From an uncultured Spirochaetaceae bacterium (GTDB lineage Bacteria; Spirochaetota; Spirochaetia; SZUA-6; RPPD01): a stretch of DNA of 64,000 bases. A program made the translations under genes and the position numbers. The stretch is from assembly GCA_964638895.1 (NCBI GenBank), contig CAZWYY010000009.1, forward strand, positions 10,679-74,678, in the 5' to 3' direction. This document shows, in pieces, positions 59,271 through 64,000 of the stretch (its first letter is position 1; each line of letters opens with the position of its first letter). The notes under the pieces are model-generated. The model did not search any database, was not told the origin of the DNA, and saw nothing but the letters and a program-made list of their open reading frames with translations.

Positions 59271-59793
59271 ATGCGGATTACTAAAGATCCTCACGAAAGA
59301 AGAAAGGAGGAATACGGCTTTGAAACTGTTTCTAAAGAAAGGTTATGTCCAAACAACGGTAAATGAAATCGTAAAGAGCATCAATGTGGCCCAGGGGACT
59401 TTCTATCATTATTTTAAATCAAAGGACGATATTCTTGATACCATTATAGAGACGTACATTAAAGCCATACTTAATGAAATTGAATTAATTGTTAATGATA
59501 GAAGTCTTACCGCCTTACAAAAACTAGAGCATATTTCTTATGCCGAGCTGCCGGTAAATCAACGTTTTAATATGAATCTTCACAACATCAAGGATATTTC
59601 ATACGGAATGTACGGCATAAGGTGTTTCCTGGATAAAAACGGCAACGGCAAATTAGACTCGGGTCTGTTCGGCCCCACGGAGCCGTGGGGCATGTCGTTT
59701 AAAAACGGCAGGCCGTTCGGTATGCCCTCATTCAACGACATCTGTTTTGAAGTAAAAACCGACAAAAGCAATATTTTTATAGAAGTAAAATAA
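59271..59793 (+). pseudogene. Chimeric remnant: TetR N-terminus fused to a DUF2141-like C-terminus
   Basis: MRITKDPHERRKE (frameshift) LKLFLKKGY..TTVNEI...GTFYHYFKSKDDI, then YGIRCFLDKNGNGKLD..LFGPTEPWGMS. Confidence 0.75.
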
Positions 59794-59812
59794 TATGAAA
59801 GGAGTATAAAAG

Positions 59813-60369
59813 ATGATATCAGCGGAAAAATGGTGGTCTGTGATGGGAAACTATAATCTAACAATTTATCCTGTTCAGATTATATTGTATGTGATTTCCC
59901 TGCTTCTCACCGTATACTTTTTTATTAAACCCGGAAGATTTATTTTCATATTGATAAAAATATATTTTACACTGAGCTTTAGCTGGATTGGGATAGTATT
60001 CTTTCTCATTATAGGGAAGGATTTAAAACTTAACATTCCGCAAGTATTCTTTTTTTAAGTCTTGCCGTGTTATTTTTTATCGATATTTTCCGGGAACGAA
60101 TCGTTTTCAAGATTCCCGACAATAAGAATAAACGCGTTTCAGCGGTGATAGGATTCATTCTTGTTTTTCTTTACCCATTAATCGGGTTGCTGGTCGGGCA
60201 CAACTATCCTCACATGTTGCTTCTGTTCTGGGCTATTCCGTTTCCAATTCTTATACAAATACCAAAATTCGGTGTGTTGGAGGATGGAATCATGCTTCTT
60301 GTCGGCGTATCCAGTTTTATTATATTTGTGCGTAACTGGAAGAAAATAAAGGGTAATTGGATATTGTGA
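59813..60369 (+). pseudogene. DUF6064-like membrane protein, frameshifted
   Basis: YNLTIYPVQI, WIGIVFF, frameshift in the T-run near 60050, LYPLIG...YP, FGVLED. Confidence 0.6.
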
Positions 60370-60506
60370 CCCCCATTCCGCACCATTAAATTAAGAAAAA
60401 ATACATTCTTTCACTATTTTGCCACATTCTTTCCATAAAAACATGTATACTATTATAAATTAATATGAAGGCTGGCATGGAACAAAAATGTATGGAGTGA
60501 AAAAAT

Positions 60507-61733
60507 ATGGACAGAGATAAGTATACCTCGGAATCATTAACAAAGATTGAAATGCCTGAAGTGGCCTCCGCCAGGATGTACCGGCTTCCCCCTTATCTCT
60601 TCGGGCGGATAAACGCCTTGAAGGCGGAGCTCAGGCGTAAAGACGTGGATGTTATCGACCTGGGCATGGGAAACCCCAATGACCCGACACCAAAACCGAT
60701 AATCGATAAATTGGCCGAGGCGGCCTACGATAAAAGGAACCAGCGTTATTCGGTTTCAAGCGGGCTCTTTAATCTAAGAAAAGAGGTGGCCAAATTCTAC
60801 GCCAAACATTGGGATGTTGCCCTTAAACCGGAAACCGAGGTTATCGCAACTATCGGCTCAAAAGAAGGCTTCAGCCACCTGTGCCTGGCCACCCTGGGGC
60901 CGGGCGACATTGTCCTGACTCCCGCGCCCACCTTTCCCATTCATGTGTACGGCCCGGTGATCGCGGGCGCAGGCGTGATCGGGGTGTCCCAAAACGAGGG
61001 TGATGAGACGCTACTGCGAAATATTGAACACATGTGCCGCCATATGGTTCCAAGCCCGAAGATCCTCATCCTGAACTACCCCAACAATCCCACCACCCGG
61101 ACCGTTGACATCGGCTTCTTTAAGGAAATTGTCAGGCTGGCCGGACAGTTTCATTTTTACGTGATTCACGATTTTGCTTACGGCCTGACCACGTTCGACG
61201 GGTATAAAGCCCCCAGCTTTCTTCAGGTAAAGGGCGCCAAAAATGTGGGGGTGGAAATCTTTACCATGAGCAAGGGATACAATATGGCCGGATGGCGCGT
61301 TGGATTTGTCTGCGGCAACAGGGATATGATCAAGGTGCTGGGAGACATCAAGGGGTACTACGATTACGGGATATTCCAGGCCATTCAGATTGCCGCCGTC
61401 ATTGGCCTGCGCGAATGCGACAAGGACATGAAATCCCAGGCGGAAATCTATGCCACAAGAAGAGACATCCTATGTGAAGCCCTGACAAGGATCGGATGGG
61501 AGGCGGATAAACCAAAGGCCTCCATGTTCTGCTGGGTCCCTATTCCGGAAAAATACCGCCCCATGGGTTCTGTGGAGTTTGCCGTGCAGGTGTTGAAAAA
61601 GGCCGACGTGGCCGTGTCTCCCGGCCGCGGCTTCGGCAGGGAGGGTGAAGGGTATTTGCGTATTGCCCTTGTGGAAAACAAGCAACGGCTGCAGCAGGCC
61701 GTACGGCAGATAAACCGCGCCTTTCCCCTTTAA
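60507..61733 (+). CDS. Class I/II PLP aminotransferase (AlaC / LL-DAP aminotransferase-like)
   Basis: RLPPYLF, DLGMGNP, IGSKEG, NYPNNPT, HDFAY, MSKGYNMAGWRVG. Confidence 0.92.
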   Translation: MDRDKYTSESLTKIEMPEVASARMYRLPPYLFGRINALKAELRRKDVDVIDLGMGNPNDPTPKPIIDKLAEAAYDKRNQRYSVSSGLFNLRKEVAKFYAKHWDVALKPETEVIATIGSKEGFSHLCLATLGPGDIVLTPAPTFPIHVYGPVIAGAGVIGVSQNEGDETLLRNIEHMCRHMVPSPKILILNYPNNPTTRTVDIGFFKEIVRLAGQFHFYVIHDFAYGLTTFDGYKAPSFLQVKGAKNVGVEIFTMSKGYNMAGWRVGFVCGNRDMIKVLGDIKGYYDYGIFQAIQIAAVIGLRECDKDMKSQAEIYATRRDILCEALTRIGWEADKPKASMFCWVPIPEKYRPMGSVEFAVQVLKKADVAVSPGRGFGREGEGYLRIALVENKQRLQQAVRQINRAFPL

Positions 61734-61752
61734 GATAAGCCTCCAGAAAAAA

Positions 61753-61826
61753 TCGGGCTGGGCGGATTTGAACCGCCGACCCCACGCCCCCCAGACGTGT
61801 ACGCTAACCAACTGCGCTACAGCCCG
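61753..61826 (-). tRNA. tRNA-Pro(GGG), CCA not encoded
   Basis: CGGGCTG acceptor, D-arm GCGC-AGTTGGTTA-GCGT, anticodon arm CACGT-CTGGGGG-GCGTG, T-arm GGCGG-TTCAAAT-CCGCC. Confidence 0.96.
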
Positions 61827-61944
61827 AAACAGTAACTACCATATGTATCACGCTATGTATGTGTTGTCAAGATTGCCACAAAGCAGTGATGTCGGATATT
61901 ACGCATGTCAGCCTTGACAATTAATATAAATCCGGGGCGATAAC

Positions 61945-63003
61945 ATGTCCGGTACATCCGGGGATGTTACCGTAATTAATGGTGAGAATACATATGTGAT
62001 CCCCGGATTAACGGACATGCATGTGCATATAATGAACTATGAGAATTTGCTGTTATTCATAGCAAATGGAGTTACTACCGTAAGAAATATGTGGGGGGCG
62101 CCTGAAATATTAGACACAAGAAATAAAATAAAGAACAGAGAATTGATAGGACCCGACATCTATACCGCCGAGTCATTATTGGACGGCCCCGGCGGATGGC
62201 GGCAAGGATGCACGGTTGTTACGAGTATTCCACAGGCCGGCGATGCCGTACTTGAATGCGTCAAAACAGGGTACGATTATGTCAAAGTATATGAATTACT
62301 GAATTCTGATGTTTATTATGAAATAATAAAAACGGCACATGAGAATAATATAAAAGTAGTCAGCCATATTCCCCAAAAGGTGGGGGTTCCCGGTGTTATA
62401 GAGAGCCGGCAATATTCTATAGAACATTGTCACCAGTTATCCGAAACCGATATAAAGATTCTCGCGGAATCCGGTACATGGTGGTGTCCGACGACTATTT
62501 TACATCACTAACAAAAGGTTTTATTACAGCGAAAAGATGATCTACTCTCTGACCATAGAATTCAATATACCTCACAAGATACATTGGATTTATGGAAACC
62601 TGCAACCGGTGTACGACTGCCGGTGAATCCTCAAGAATTACTCGGAAGTTTTGTAGAACACGGCGGCAATCTTATTATTGGCACTGATACGCATAATCCG
62701 TATGTGTACCCGGGATTTTCCCTGCATGAAGAACTTGAAATAATGGCAGGGGCAGGGTTAACCCCGTTTGAAGTATTGAAGACTTGTATTTATAATGCAG
62801 CCGTATGTCTGGAAAATATAGATACATACGGCACAATAGAAGAAAATAAAACCACAGATTTGGTTCTGTTGAAGGCCAATCCTTTGGAAGACATAAAAAA
62901 TACAAGAAGAATCGCCGGTGTGATAAAATCGGGCATATATTACAGTAGAAAAGAATTAGATGATATATTACACGCCGTTTCCGGGTATTATGGAAAATCG
63001 TAA
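61945..63003 (+). pseudogene. Amidohydrolase-family gene with one in-frame stop and probably a truncated N-terminus
   Basis: PGLTDMHVH, NGVTTVR, KVY, SIEH; TAA at 62509-62511; same frame continues to GTD..PGFSLHEEL, DLVLL.ANPLEDI. Confidence 0.85.
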
Positions 63004-63023
63004 AAATAATTTTATACTATTAA

Positions 63024-63587
63024 TTATACCCCGCCCCGCAGCAGGTTAAGAAATTCCGATCTGCTGGACGCGTCGCTGTGCATCTCTCCCAATACCGAGG
63101 AGGTGGTCATCACCGAGTTCTGTTTTTCCACGCCCCGCATCATCATACACAGGTGCCTGCATTCCATGACCACGCCCACGCCGATGGCATCCACCGCGTC
63201 CTTGACGGCCTTGGCGATCTGCGAGGTAAGCCGTTCCTGGATCTGCAGGCGCCGGGCGTAGAAATCCGTAATCCGGGCCAGTTTGCTGACGCCGATCACG
63301 TGTTTGCGCGCGATGTACCCGATGTGGCAGCGTCCAAAAAAAGGCAGCATGTGATGCTCGCACAGGCTGTACACCTCAATATCGCGGGCGATAATCATGT
63401 TGTTGGCCTCGGATTCAAACACGGCGTTGTTCACGATCTTGTCCAGATCCATACGGTAGCCGTTGGTTAAAAACGCCCATGAGTCCGCCACACGCTGCGG
63501 AGTGGCCAGGAGCCCCTCGCGGTTCGGGTCTTCCCCCAATTCCACAAGCAGCTCTTTGACAAGCGCTGCAACCCGCTCTACATTCAT
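63024..63587 (-). CDS. folE: GTP cyclohydrolase I
   Basis: REGLLATPQRV, SLCEHHMLPF, GVSKLAR, RRLQIQERLT, HLCMMMRG. Confidence 0.96.
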   Translation of the reverse strand: MNVERVAALVKELLVELGEDPNREGLLATPQRVADSWAFLTNGYRMDLDKIVNNAVFESEANNMIIARDIEVYSLCEHHMLPFFGRCHIGYIARKHVIGVSKLARITDFYARRLQIQERLTSQIAKAVKDAVDAIGVGVVMECRHLCMMMRGVEKQNSVMTTSSVLGEMHSDASSRSEFLNLLRGGV

Positions 63588-64000
63588 GTTCCGTACCTCT
63601 CTTTCAATATCAGGCTCAACTCTACCATTTTCACCAGCTTGTGACAAGAAATCTCCGGATTCACCAGATCTTTTAGTTTTTTTCCTGTGGGCGGCAGCAC
63701 AAGCTCGGGCGTAAGCTCCAACAGCGGAATAAACACGAATGGATAGCGTGTTAGGTTTGGGTCGGGAAGCGTGAGACGCCTGTCGTTTAAAACCATATCT
63801 CCGTACAACAGGAGATCAAGATCAACGGGCCGGGGCGCATTCTTGTCATGGGTGCGTACACGGCCCAGACTTTTCTCGATTCTGCGAAGTACATCGAACT
63901 TAAGCTTCAATGGCGGGATGTCCGTACGTATCTTAAACACCCCATTGATAAAATCCGGCTGGGCCGGACTCCCCACGGCCTTGGACCTATAAAAACATGA
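63584..64000 (-). CDS. folK: 2-amino-4-hydroxy-6-hydroxymethyldihydropteridine diphosphokinase (5' end outside the window)
   Basis: QPDFIN, IEKSLGR, PRPVDLDLLLYG, LPDP, R.FVFIPL. Confidence 0.92.
   Translation of the reverse strand, partial: SCFYRSKAVGSPAQPDFINGVFKIRTDIPPLKLKFDVLRRIEKSLGRVRTHDKNAPRPVDLDLLLYGDMVLNDRRLTLPDPNLTRYPFVFIPLLELTPELVLPPTGKKLKDLVNPEISCHKLVKMVELSLILKERYGT

Noticed and set aside
58500-61826. Genomic island integrated at the tRNA-Pro 3' end
   Set aside because: No duplicate of the tRNA 3' end was seen, there is no integrase, and a core-like aminotransferase abuts the tRNA.
16130-63003. Stop-codon reassignment or programmed readthrough explaining in-frame stops
   Set aside because: The stops replace different residues (Gly, Tyr, Trp) and co-occur with frameshifts and deletions, and TAA/TGA end normal genes here; ordinary decay fits better.
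1-64000. CRISPR array, rRNA, prophage or IS element
   Set aside because: No regularly spaced repeats, rRNA-like tract, phage structural gene or transposase motif was recognised.

Overview
A 64-kb bacterial chromosomal window, most likely from a free-living member of the Spirochaetota. This is inferred from spirochaete-typical genes (Hsp70-like/LysM-type ORF, TPR-Mrr protein, murB-cysS-ECF sigma cluster, FemAB protein); no database search was run. A GC-rich housekeeping backbone carries rsmG-mnmG-mnmE, mgtE, murB, cysS, ECF sigma/anti-sigma, proAB, citrate synthase, aroDE, leuB, PHP-UvrD, tRNA-Pro(GGG) and folE/folK. It is interrupted by AT-richer accessory tracts at about 5.9-24.2 kb, 58.5-60.4 kb and 61.9-63.0 kb that hold many decayed genes. 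Highlights: (1) a 7-kb signalling module bracketed by the functional mnmE 5' end and a diverged, broken second copy of that 5' end plus its promoter, with no integrase visible; (2) a four-gene exported-protein operon (beta-barrel/CsgG-FlgT-like protein, DUF6175-like protein, two LPP20-like proteins) that may encode an uncharacterised envelope complex; (3) yeast/plant-type chorismate mutase and a plant-like AroD-AroE fusion; (4) a candidate pseudoknotted cis-regulatory leader RNA at about 50.4 kb; (5) several apparently leaderless genes; (6) deletion-generated chimeric pseudogenes. No CRISPR array, rRNA, integrase or transposase was recognised. All product calls rest on motif recognition by eye.
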